From Chloroflexi bacterium UBA4730 (GTDB lineage Bacteria; Chloroflexota; Limnocylindria; P2-11E): a DNA stretch of 64,000 bases. Every line of letters begins with the position of its first letter. The stretch's first letter is position 1. Below are positions 25,397 through 33,574 of the stretch, in pieces. Under the pieces are notes generated by a model. That model had not been told where the DNA came from. It searched no databases and was given only the letters and a program-made list of their open reading frames with translations. The stretch lies in contig DHJC01000092.1 of NCBI GenBank assembly GCA_002404155.1, positions 10,636-74,635 on the forward strand, written 5' to 3'. Made by a program: the position numbers and the translations under genes.

Positions 25397-26040
25397 CAAG
25401 ACGGTGCACACCACTGGAGCTCGTGCGCCGACGCGCCGGGATACGTCAGCTCCCCCGCCTCGATCGCGACTGCCAGCCGGTTCGATGGCGGGGCGAGCGG
25501 GCAGACCCACTGCGGGTCGTAGTGGCAGCTCGGGTGGTACGCGAAGTTGAAATCGAGCCTGAGCGTCCCCCCATCGCCGCCCAGATCGGCGCCTTTCGCG
25601 GTGTCGAGGAGATAGCGGCCACCGCCGTAGGTCGTCGTTCCCGCGGTCGCATCGCGGAACGGCAGGAACACCCCGCCACCGTACGCGTCGAGCCAGAAGA
25701 TTTCGAGCGTGCCCACGGGAAGGTCGACTGCCCCGAACCGGACGAACGGGATGACGTCGCCGGTACTCGTCCCGACGTCGTAGCGCTCGTGCGGCAACGG
25801 TCGCACGCTCGCGCTGAATGCGAACGCGGGGTCGTACTCCGTATAGGCGAGCCCGGTGAACTTCGCGCGCTCGTGCTGCGGGAGCGCGGACTGGGGGTGG
25901 GCCCCGAAGAGCAGGTCGCGGGCCGTCCGCCAGTACCCGTGCGCGGCGACCGGATCGTCGGCGAGCAGCGCGCGCACCTCCGCGTAGAGCGTGTTCACGC
26001 GCCGACGGTAGTCGAGCAGCTCGAGGTAGCGTTCGTCCAC
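25396..26040 (-). CDS. DUF1684-domain protein
   Basis: 214 aa. YGGGRYLLD, DFNFAYHPSCHYDPQWVCPLAPPSNRL and AIEAGE are the hallmark motifs of DUF1684. Confidence 0.85.
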   Translation of the reverse strand: MDERYLELLDYRRRVNTLYAEVRALLADDPVAAHGYWRTARDLLFGAHPQSALPQHERAKFTGLAYTEYDPAFAFSASVRPLPHERYDVGTSTGDVIPFVRFGAVDLPVGTLEIFWLDAYGGGVFLPFRDATAGTTTYGGGRYLLDTAKGADLGGDGGTLRLDFNFAYHPSCHYDPQWVCPLAPPSNRLAVAIEAGELTYPGASAHELQWCAPS

Positions 26041-26042
26041 GG

Positions 26043-27410
26043 TCAGCGGAGCTTCGCCGCGGCCGCCGAGAAGAGCCCGCTCAACACGCGCGCGGTGGTC
26101 GGGAACGCATGCACCGTCTGCGCGAGCGTGTCGATGGGCGTGCCGAGCTTGATCGGGAGGACCGCGGCGTGGATGGCCTCGCCCGCGCCCTGGCCGGCGA
26201 TGAACGCGCCGATCAGCACCTTGCGCGTCCGGTCCACGACGATCGTCAGGTGGCCGCTGTCGGCCTCGACGACGTAGCCCTTCGTGCTCTTCGCGAATCC
26301 GGTCGTCTCCTCGAAGGCGTCGATCCCCTGTTCCTCGGCCTGGTCGAGCCGGAGGCCGACCGCGGCAGTCTCCGGGTCGGTGTAGACGACCCGAGGCGTG
26401 GCGCTGAAATCGACCGTCACGTCGTCGCCGAGCGCGATCCGTGCGGCCATCTCGCCTTCGTAGTGGCCGAGATGCGTGGAGAGCTCGTGACCGATGGGGT
26501 CACCGACCGCGTAGACGTGCTCGGCGACGCGCAGCCGGTCGTCGACCCTGATCGTGTCGCCGCCGTCGTACGTCACGCCGATGGTGGCGAGCCCGAGCGC
26601 GCCCAGGGCTGTCGCCGAGCTGCGGCCCACCGAGAGCTGGATGATCGCGCCCGAGACGCTCGTCCCGTCGGAGAGCTCGACCTGGTGCTCGCCGTCGGGG
26701 CCGGCCTTCGGACGGATCCGCGCGGCCCGGGCCTTCTCGCGCACATCAACGCCGGATCGGCGCAGGGTCTCGGCGAGGAACGCCGAGCTCAGCGGATGGT
26801 CAGTCGGATTGACCCGGCCGACGATCGCCGTGCGCACGCCGTAGCGCGCGAGGTACTGCGCGATCTCGACACCCGACGGACCGGCGCCGAGGATGACGAT
26901 GCTCTTCGGCAGCTCGCGCAGGCTCGTCGCTTCGACATTCGTCCAGTACCCGGCGCGCTCGAGCCCCTCGAGCGGCGGGATCTTCGCGACCGAGCCCACG
27001 GCGATGATCACGTCCGTAGCCGTGAGCTCGTGCGTGGTGCGCTCGTGGGTCACGACGACTGTGCCCGGCCCCGCGAGCGTGGCGGTCCCGCGGAAGACGG
27101 TGGCTCCGGCCTTCTCGAGGGCGTGGACGTGGCTGCCGTCGTTCGGGTAGTCGGTCTTGATCCGATTGATCATGTAATCACGCCGGTCCGACGCCTTGGA
27201 CCAGGGGTAGTCCCCGCCATGGGCCTTGGCTTCCGCGGCATGGAGCAGCGTCTTCGAGGGCATGCAGGCCCAGAACGGGCACGAGCCACCGAACAGGTCC
27301 CGGTCGATGATCGCGACGGATGCGCCGCGACCGCGGGCGAGATGGGTCGCGGCCTCGCCGGAGGCGCCCGCGCCGATGACCACGAGATCGAACGCGCCGG
27401 GCGTCGCCAT
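26043..27410 (-). CDS. class I pyridine nucleotide-disulfide oxidoreductase (dihydrolipoamide dehydrogenase/mercuric reductase-like)
   Basis: Start at MATPGAFDLVVIGAGASGE (M49 of ORF 26043..27554). Redox-active GGSCPFWACMPSK (CX4C), second Rossmann ILGAGPSGVE, C-terminal dimerisation domain with HAFPT. Confidence 0.88.
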   Translation of the reverse strand: MATPGAFDLVVIGAGASGEAATHLARGRGASVAIIDRDLFGGSCPFWACMPSKTLLHAAEAKAHGGDYPWSKASDRRDYMINRIKTDYPNDGSHVHALEKAGATVFRGTATLAGPGTVVVTHERTTHELTATDVIIAVGSVAKIPPLEGLERAGYWTNVEATSLRELPKSIVILGAGPSGVEIAQYLARYGVRTAIVGRVNPTDHPLSSAFLAETLRRSGVDVREKARAARIRPKAGPDGEHQVELSDGTSVSGAIIQLSVGRSSATALGALGLATIGVTYDGGDTIRVDDRLRVAEHVYAVGDPIGHELSTHLGHYEGEMAARIALGDDVTVDFSATPRVVYTDPETAAVGLRLDQAEEQGIDAFEETTGFAKSTKGYVVEADSGHLTIVVDRTRKVLIGAFIAGQGAGEAIHAAVLPIKLGTPIDTLAQTVHAFPTTARVLSGLFSAAAAKLR

Positions 27411-27808
27411 CAGAGCGGGCGGTACCACAGGTCCGCGCCGCGCTTCGCGACGAAGACGTCGAGCCGCGCGCCGCTCCAGCTGCAGGTCACGGCGTCGCCG
27501 CGGGGCGCGTCCGGGACAAGCTCCCACTCCACCCAGCGGGTGCCGTCCCACCACCGATGCCGGAGCCGGCCGTCGGTGCCGAAGGCGAAGACGTCGATGC
27601 GGTCCGCGCCGCGGGCCGCGGCCGCGGGCTGGCCGGTGAAGCCGGCTCCGAGCGATTCCCAGTCATGCCAGCGCGATCCGTCCCAGTACCGGTCACGGAG
27701 CTCGCCGTCGTCGTGGACGGCGAAGAGCTCGCACTCTCCGCCATCACCCCACGACGCGACGGCCGCACTCGATGCGAGCGTGCCGCCGAGCGAGATCCAG
27801 CCGCCTAT
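27410..27808 (-). CDS. three-blade beta-propeller-repeat (PLL/DUF346/tectonin-like) protein; start unresolved (ATA at an ATAG overlap?)
   Basis: The last 132 codons of ORF 27410..28210 form three about 44-aa repeats with W-x-W-x-LG...(L/I)DVFA-x-G-x-DG-x-L-x-H/D-R-x-WDG. The upstream 134 codons overlap the SBP gene out of frame and are Arg-rich. There is no ATG/GTG/TTG after the SBP stop. The TGA shares its A with the next ATG (TGATG at 27412-27408). Confidence 0.5.
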   Translation of the reverse strand: MGGWISLGGTLASSAAVASWGDGGECELFAVHDDGELRDRYWDGSRWHDWESLGAGFTGQPAAAARGADRIDVFAFGTDGRLRHRWWDGTRWVEWELVPDAPRGDAVTCSWSGARLDVFVAKRGADLWYRPL

Positions 27809-28713
27809 TTGATGAGGCCCATCTTCTTCAGCCAGGCTTTCGCGATGTCCTTGGGGTCGGTCTTGTCCACGTCGTTCTGCTTGTTCATCGCCGTCAGCTC
27901 CGCGGTCGTGAGCTTCGGGGCGATGGAGTTGATGAGCGACTTGAAGTCGCTCGGGGCCTTCGAGAGCAGATCGTTCCGGACGACCGGCGCGATGTTGTCC
28001 GACAGCTGCAGGTGCTTGTCGTCCTCGAGGAGCACGAAGCCGTTGGTCGCGATCGTCGAGTCGGACGTGAACAGCAGCCCGATGTCGATCTGCCCACCCT
28101 TGAGCGCCGCAACGGTGAGTGCGCCGCCGGTGTCGAGCGGTTTGAAGTCCTTGAACGTGATCCCGTACGTGCTCTTCAGACCGAGCGCGCAGAACGGACG
28201 GTTCGGGCACTCCGCCGGACCACCGAGCACGAGCTGATTGCCCACGGCCGTGACGTCGGACAGCTTGGTCAGCTTGTACTTGTCAGCCGTCGCTTTGGTG
28301 ACGACGAAGCCGTTCTGGTCGACCGCCGGGGCGAAATCGAGGACCGTGAGGTTCTTGCTGTCGAGCTCCTTCTGGAGCGCGGTCGAGGTCGTCTTCGGAT
28401 CGGTCGACCCTGTCGCGGTCTTGTTCACGAACGCAAGGAGCGTCGCGAGGTAGTCGGCCTCCAGGTCGATCTGGCCGCTGGTCAGGGCCGGGAACACGAT
28501 CTCGCGTGCGCCGAGGTTGAACTTCCGGGTGACGGTGTACCCGTTCGCTTCCAGGACCTGCGCGTACAGCTCACCCAGGATGAGCTGCTCCGGGAAGTTG
28601 GTGGAGCCGATCGTGACGTTCGGCTTGGCCGCGCCGGTGGTGCCGCCGCAGGCGCTCGCGACGATCACCGCCACCAGGAACCCGGTCACCAGTCTCCCGA
28701 TCGATGCGCGCAT
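27805..28713 (-). CDS. glycine betaine/choline-type ABC transporter substrate-binding lipoprotein (OpuAC/OpuCC family)
   Basis: 302 aa from MRASIGRLVTGFLVAVIVASAC (lipobox). IGSTNFPEQLILGELYAQVLE and LEDDKHLQLSDNIAPVV are typical of the family. AAGGAG Shine-Dalgarno 7 nt upstream. Confidence 0.88.
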   Translation of the reverse strand: MRASIGRLVTGFLVAVIVASACGGTTGAAKPNVTIGSTNFPEQLILGELYAQVLEANGYTVTRKFNLGAREIVFPALTSGQIDLEADYLATLLAFVNKTATGSTDPKTTSTALQKELDSKNLTVLDFAPAVDQNGFVVTKATADKYKLTKLSDVTAVGNQLVLGGPAECPNRPFCALGLKSTYGITFKDFKPLDTGGALTVAALKGGQIDIGLLFTSDSTIATNGFVLLEDDKHLQLSDNIAPVVRNDLLSKAPSDFKSLINSIAPKLTTAELTAMNKQNDVDKTDPKDIAKAWLKKMGLIK

Positions 28714-28790
28714 GAGGGACTCCTTCCGGGCCGCAGCGCTCAGTCTCTCGGCCCACGCGGACAGTATCCCCGTCTTTGACGGGGATACGG

Positions 28791-29483
28791 CTAGAACGTG
28801 GCGGCCGCCGTGCGTAATCCCGGCGACGTCGCCCGGCGCTCGAATGTGCCGAACGCCACCTCCACGAGGATAGCCAGGAGCGCGACAAGGAGCGCACCGG
28901 CGAACAAGCGGTCGTACTCCTGCAGGCCGAGGCCATCGACGATGTATCGGCCGAGGCCGCCCCCGGCGACGAGGGCACCGAGCGTCGCCGTGGCCACGAC
29001 ATTGACCGCCGACGTCCGCATGCCCGCGAGTACGAGCGGCAGCGCCAGGGGGATCTCTATCCGCCGCAGAATCTCGAATTCGCCCATCCCCATCCCCCGC
29101 GCGGACTCGATGACGTCGCGGTCCACCGCGCGGGCCCCGACATATGCATTCGTGAGCATGGGCGGGATCGCGAGCGGCACGAGGGCGATGAGCGTGGGCC
29201 AGAACCCGAGGCCCAGGCCGAGGGCGAAGGCCAGCGGCAGGGCGAACGCGAGGAGCGCGAGGGACGGGAGCGCGCGGCCGATGTTCGCGACGTTCACCGC
29301 GACGAACGCGAGCCTGCCGGTGTGACCGAGGTACAGGCCGATCGGCAGCGCGATGGCCGCCGCCAGGAGCATCGCGAGAGCGGAGAGCTCGACGTGCTCG
29401 AAGATGCGCGTCTGGATCGCGTCGCTCCCCTGGTAATGCGCTGGATCGACGAACCATCGCAGCGTGTCGACGAAGAGGCTCAT
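28791..29483 (-). CDS. ABC transporter permease (OpuCB/OpuCD-like)
   Basis: 230 aa from MSLFVDTLRW. BPD_transp_1-type pattern (ESARGMGMGEFEILRRIEIPLALP). ATGA overlap with the upstream permease. Confidence 0.88.
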   Translation of the reverse strand: MSLFVDTLRWFVDPAHYQGSDAIQTRIFEHVELSALAMLLAAAIALPIGLYLGHTGRLAFVAVNVANIGRALPSLALLAFALPLAFALGLGLGFWPTLIALVPLAIPPMLTNAYVGARAVDRDVIESARGMGMGEFEILRRIEIPLALPLVLAGMRTSAVNVVATATLGALVAGGGLGRYIVDGLGLQEYDRLFAGALLVALLAILVEVAFGTFERRATSPGLRTAAATF

Positions 29484-30133
29484 GCCGGCCTGGTCCACGG
29501 CGTGAGCCGGTGTTGAAGCAGCACGAGCAGTCCATCGGCGCCGATCGCGAGCATGACGGAGCAGACCGCGCCGACGATGAGCTCCGTGGAGAAGAACCGC
29601 TGGATGCCGATCAGGATGAAGTAGCCGAACCCGCCCTGGCCGATGAGCGCCGTCACGGTCACGAGCCCGATAGTGCTGATGGTGGCGACCCGCACGCCGG
29701 CGATGATCACCGCGAGCGCGAGCGGCATCTCGACGCGCCACAGCCGCTGGCGCGGCGTGTAGCCCATCCCGGTCGCCGCCTCGAGCACGTCCGCGGGCAC
29801 GCCGCGGATCCCGCCGACGATGTTGCGGATGAGGATGAGGAGCGTGTAGCTCACGAGGCCGATCTCCGCGGTGAGGACGGAGAGGCCGGTGTATGGGATG
29901 AGGAGCACGAAAAGCGCGAGGCTCGGGATCGTGTACAGCGTCCCGGTCACGAACGTGATCGGACTCTCGAGGCGCGGGCGCCGGACGATCAGCAGCGCGA
30001 GCCCGAACGCGATGACGAAGCCGACGCCGACCGCGATGGCCGCCAGCTCGACGTGCTCGAGCAGGCGCTGGGCGATCTCGTCGAGATGCCCGGCGACCCA
30101 ATCCCAGCGGACGAGCGGCTCACCCTCGGTCAT
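29480..30133 (-). CDS. ABC transporter permease (OpuCB/OpuCD-like)
   Basis: 217 aa. EAATGMGYTPRQRLWRVEMPLALP EAA-loop. Overlaps the ATPase stop by 4 nt. Confidence 0.88.
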   Translation of the reverse strand: MTEGEPLVRWDWVAGHLDEIAQRLLEHVELAAIAVGVGFVIAFGLALLIVRRPRLESPITFVTGTLYTIPSLALFVLLIPYTGLSVLTAEIGLVSYTLLILIRNIVGGIRGVPADVLEAATGMGYTPRQRLWRVEMPLALAVIIAGVRVATISTIGLVTVTALIGQGGFGYFILIGIQRFFSTELIVGAVCSVMLAIGADGLLVLLQHRLTPWTRPA

Positions 30134-31104
30134 GAGTCGCTCCGGATCATCTTGCCGATCGTCGCGAGCGTGAGGACCCCGAGGTAGCGGTCCCCGCCCA
30201 CGACGACGCCGATCTGCGACTCGCTCGCGAGCAGGCGCACGAGCGCGTCGCGCAGGGTCGTCGATGGCGCCAGCACCGGCGCGTTCCGATCGACGCTGGC
30301 TCGGTCCACGGTCGCATCGAGGTCGGCCCCGCCGACGGTGAGCAGGCCGAGCCGCTTCAGGCCGCGGTCCGATCCGACGAACTGCGCGACGAAGTCGTCG
30401 GCCGGGTGCGCAAGAAGCTCCCCAGGCGGCGCGTACTGCACGAGCTTGCCGCCGCGCATGACGGCGACGCGGTCCCCGAGCCGGATGGCCTCGTCGATGT
30501 CGTGCGTCACGAACAGGACCGTGGTCCCCTGGTCGCGCTGGATCCGCAGCAGCTCGCTCTGCAGGCGCTCGCGGACGATCGGATCCACCGCACCGAACGG
30601 CTCGTCCATGAGCATGACCGGCGGCTCGGCTGCGAGCGCGCGAGCCACGCCGGCGCGCTGACGCTCGCCGCCCGAGAGCTGCGCCGGATAGCGCCGCGCG
30701 TAGCGGCCCGGATCGAGGCCGACGAGGCTGAACAGCTCCGTGACCCGGGCATCGATGCGCTGCTTCGTCCAGCCGAGGAGCCGGGGCACGGTCGCGACGT
30801 TCTCATCGATGGTCTGGTGCGGGAAGAGGCCCACCTGCTGGATGACGTACCCGATCCGCCGGCGGAGCTGGGTCGGCTCTTCCTTCAGGACGTCGTGACC
30901 ATCGATGAGGATCGCCCCGGACGTCGGCTCGATGAGCCGGTTCACCATCTTCAGGGACGTCGTCTTCCCGGAGCCGCTCGGGCCGACGAGGATGCAGATC
31001 TTCCCGGCCGGGACGGTGAGCGACAGGCCGTCGACGGCGATCTGATCCACGTAGCGCTTCGTGACATCGCGGAACTCGACGGTGGCTCCGCGCTCTGCCG
31101 GCAT
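30130..31104 (-). CDS. osmoprotectant ABC transporter ATP-binding protein with C-terminal CBS pair
   Basis: 324 aa. GPSGSGKTT, LSGGERQRAGVARAL, VMLMDEPFGAVD, then a CBS-like tail. Confidence 0.9.
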   Translation of the reverse strand: MPAERGATVEFRDVTKRYVDQIAVDGLSLTVPAGKICILVGPSGSGKTTSLKMVNRLIEPTSGAILIDGHDVLKEEPTQLRRRIGYVIQQVGLFPHQTIDENVATVPRLLGWTKQRIDARVTELFSLVGLDPGRYARRYPAQLSGGERQRAGVARALAAEPPVMLMDEPFGAVDPIVRERLQSELLRIQRDQGTTVLFVTHDIDEAIRLGDRVAVMRGGKLVQYAPPGELLAHPADDFVAQFVGSDRGLKRLGLLTVGGADLDATVDRASVDRNAPVLAPSTTLRDALVRLLASESQIGVVVGGDRYLGVLTLATIGKMIRSDS

Positions 31105-31114
31105 CTTCCCGACT

Positions 31115-31789
31115 CTAGTAGGTGCGCCCTCGCTGCCGTGCGATGTCGAAGCTCGCGGTCTTGGCGACCGCCATGACCGCCATGACGCCGGCCTGCACCG
31201 GATCGCTGACGACGAGGTCGGCGGCCTTCGGCACCGACCCGGCCATGTTCAGGCTGATGACGAGGATGCCGCGTGCGCGGACCTCCTCGACGGCAGTGGT
31301 GATCTCGCCGCCCATGAGCGCGCCCGCGAGCACGAGCGCGACGGCGCGCGGCAGCCGGGCCACGGCGCGGACCGCGGCGGCAAGGTTCTGCTCGCCGACG
31401 ATCGGGATGGTGTCGATGCTGATCTTCTCGCCTCGGATGTTGTGGCGGTCGGCCTCGGAGATCGCGCCGAGCGCGACTTGTCCGACCTGCGCGCCACCGC
31501 CGACGACGATGATCCGCTTCCCGTAGACCTCGGCCATCGATGGGACCAGCTCGACCCTATCGATCACGTCCAGCCCGCGCAGCTCGGCGACGAGCGCCTC
31601 GGCCGCGGCGTCGGCCGGTAGGTCGACCTCGACGTGCACCCGCGCGCGATCGCCACGCTCGGGGATCTCGATGCCCGTGATATTCCCGCGATGCGCCAGG
31701 ATCACGCGCGTGATCGCGTGCAGGGTGCCCGGGCGGTCAGGCCCCTCGCACACGAGCGCGACGGCGCGGACCGGCTCAGCCAAGGCCAC
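31115..31789 (-). CDS. ACT-domain protein with uncharacterised Rossmann-like C-terminal domain (COG1707-like)
   Basis: GTG 31789 (V14 of ORF 31115..31828). ALVCEGPDRPGTLHAITRVILAHRGNI is ACT-like. C-terminal GKRIIVVGGGAQVGQVA... Start is uncertain by about 10 codons. Confidence 0.6.
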   Translation of the reverse strand: MALAEPVRAVALVCEGPDRPGTLHAITRVILAHRGNITGIEIPERGDRARVHVEVDLPADAAAEALVAELRGLDVIDRVELVPSMAEVYGKRIIVVGGGAQVGQVALGAISEADRHNIRGEKISIDTIPIVGEQNLAAAVRAVARLPRAVALVLAGALMGGEITTAVEEVRARGILVISLNMAGSVPKAADLVVSDPVQAGVMAVMAVAKTASFDIARQRGRTY

Positions 31790-32261
31790 GCTCGCGCACC
31801 GCGGTGATCCGGCCGGTGTTGAAGCCAAGCCAGTGCATCCGCCCGAGATGGCGGGCGTGCTCCACCTTCATGCAGCGGTCCATCACGACGTCGAGCCCGG
31901 CGTCTTCTGCGATCTTCGCGCCATCGGGGCTGATGACCCCGAACTGGAGCCACAGGGCCTTCGCGCCGCTCGCGACGGCGTCACGCGCGATATCCGGCAC
32001 CGCGTCGGGCCGCCGGAACACATCGACCACGTCCACCAGGAATGGGATCGCCGTCAGGCTGGGGTACGCGCGCTCCCCGAGGATCTCGGTCTCGCGCGGG
32101 TTCACCGGGACGATCGTGTAGCCGTGCCGCTTCAGGTAGAAGCCGATGAAGTTGGATGGCCGCAGCGGGTCCTTCGACAGACCGACGATCGCGACGGTCC
32201 GTGCCGATCGCAGGGTCGCGAGGATCACCCGTGGATCCTGGTAGCGCACCGGGCTGGTCAC
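31776..32261 (-). CDS. CoA-binding domain protein (YccU/YneT-like)
   Basis: GTG 32261 overlaps the metY stop (GTGA). ARTVAIVGLSKDPLRPSNFIGFYLKRHGYTIVPVNP...VDVFRRP...GAKALWLQ is the CoA_binding_2 pattern. Confidence 0.82.
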   Translation of the reverse strand: MTSPVRYQDPRVILATLRSARTVAIVGLSKDPLRPSNFIGFYLKRHGYTIVPVNPRETEILGERAYPSLTAIPFLVDVVDVFRRPDAVPDIARDAVASGAKALWLQFGVISPDGAKIAEDAGLDVVMDRCMKVEHARHLGRMHWLGFNTGRITAVRERGLG

Positions 32262-33574
32262 GGTGTCGCCGCCGCGAGGCCCCGCGCGAGATCGGCGGTC
32301 AGGTCGTCGAGCGTCTCGAGCCCGACGGACAGCCGGATGGTGCCCGGGCCGACGCCGGCGGCCGCGAGCTCCGCGTCGTTCAGCTGGCGGTGCGTCGTGC
32401 TCGCGGGGTGGATGACCAGGCTCTTCGCGTCGCCGACGTTCGCGAGATGGCTCCACAGCTCGAGCCCGCTAATGAATCGCTGGCCGGCATCCCGCCCGCC
32501 CTTCAGATCGAACACGAAGATCGATCCCGCACCGTGCGGGAGGTAACGCTTGACGAGGTCTCGATACGGGCTCGAGTCCAGGCCGGGGTAGCGGACCGCG
32601 GCCACGGCGGCGTGCCCTTCGAGAAATCGCGCGACACCGACCGCGTTCTCGACGTGCCGAGCCATCCGGAGCGGCAGCGTTTCGAGCCCGAGGAGGAACA
32701 GAAAGGAGTTGAACGGCGACAGCGCGCCACCGAGATCGCGGAGCGACTCGGCGCGCAGCTTCATGAGGTAGCCGTACATCCCGAAGGTCTCGTGGAACGC
32801 GAGCCCGTGATACGCGGGCGACGGATCGGCCACCACCGGGAACCGTCCGTTGGACCAGTTGAACGTCCCGGCCTCGACGACGACGCCGCCGATGCTCGTA
32901 CCGTGGCCGCCGATGAACTTCGTCGCCGAGTGCACGACGATGTCGGCGCCGTGCTCGATCGGCCGGCAGAGATAGGGCGTCGCGAAGGTGGAGTCGACCA
33001 TCAGCGGCGCGCCGTGACCGTGGGCGATCTCGGCAACCCCCTCGATGTCGAGCACGTTGCCGCCGGGATTGCCGATGGTCTCGCCGTAGAGGACCTTCGT
33101 GTTCGGCCGGAGCGCGGCGCGCCAGCTCGACAGATCGTCGGGATCCACGAAGGTCACGTCGAGGGAGAGCTTGCGGGCGAGATGCTTCAGCTGCGTGACG
33201 GTGCCCCCGTACAGCGCGCTCGAGGCGACGACGTGATCGCCGGGGGTGAGCATGGTGAACAGCGCGGCGGCCTGCGCCGCGAGACCGCTCGCGAACGCGA
33301 CGCCACCGGCAGCACCCTCGAGGCTCGCGACGCGCTCTTCGAACACCGCCGTGGTGGGATTCATGATCCGCGTGTAGGTGTTGCCGTACTCCTGCAGGTT
33401 GAAGTACGCCGCGGCCGACTCCGGATCCTCGAACACGTACGACGTCGTCTGGAAGATCGGCGTCGCGCGCGCGCCCGTGTACGGGTCGGGCCGCTGCCCC
33501 GCATGGATCGCGCGGGTGTCGAACCCGAACTCGCGGGTCCCCTGCTCGCCACTGCCTCGTTGGTCCTGGCTCAT
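32258..33574 (-). CDS. metY: O-acetylhomoserine aminocarboxypropyltransferase (sulfhydrylase)
   Basis: 438 aa from [12 protein letters not shown]-lysine motif [11 protein letters not shown]. Cys/Met-metabolism PLP family throughout. ATGA overlap with metX. Confidence 0.92.
   Translation of the reverse strand: MSQDQRGSGEQGTREFGFDTRAIHAGQRPDPYTGARATPIFQTTSYVFEDPESAAAYFNLQEYGNTYTRIMNPTTAVFEERVASLEGAAGGVAFASGLAAQAAALFTMLTPGDHVVASSALYGGTVTQLKHLARKLSLDVTFVDPDDLSSWRAALRPNTKVLYGETIGNPGGNVLDIEGVAEIAHGHGAPLMVDSTFATPYLCRPIEHGADIVVHSATKFIGGHGTSIGGVVVEAGTFNWSNGRFPVVADPSPAYHGLAFHETFGMYGYLMKLRAESLRDLGGALSPFNSFLFLLGLETLPLRMARHVENAVGVARFLEGHAAVAAVRYPGLDSSPYRDLVKRYLPHGAGSIFVFDLKGGRDAGQRFISGLELWSHLANVGDAKSLVIHPASTTHRQLNDAELAAAGVGPGTIRLSVGLETLDDLTADLARGLAAATP

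Noticed and set aside
22384-26277. 1297-aa ORF on the + strand, the longest in the window
   Set aside because: It runs antisense or out of frame across four well-supported genes (flavoprotein, DHA2 pump, DUF1684, oxidoreductase). Its translation is extremely Arg/Asp/Glu/Gly/His-rich with no recognisable motif, which is the typical shadow ORF of high-GC DNA.
27809-28210. N-terminal 134 codons of ORF 27410..28210 as part of the propeller-repeat protein
   Set aside because: This part overlaps the substrate-binding-protein gene out of frame and is Arg/His/Asp-rich with no repeat signature. Only the last 132 codons show the propeller repeats.
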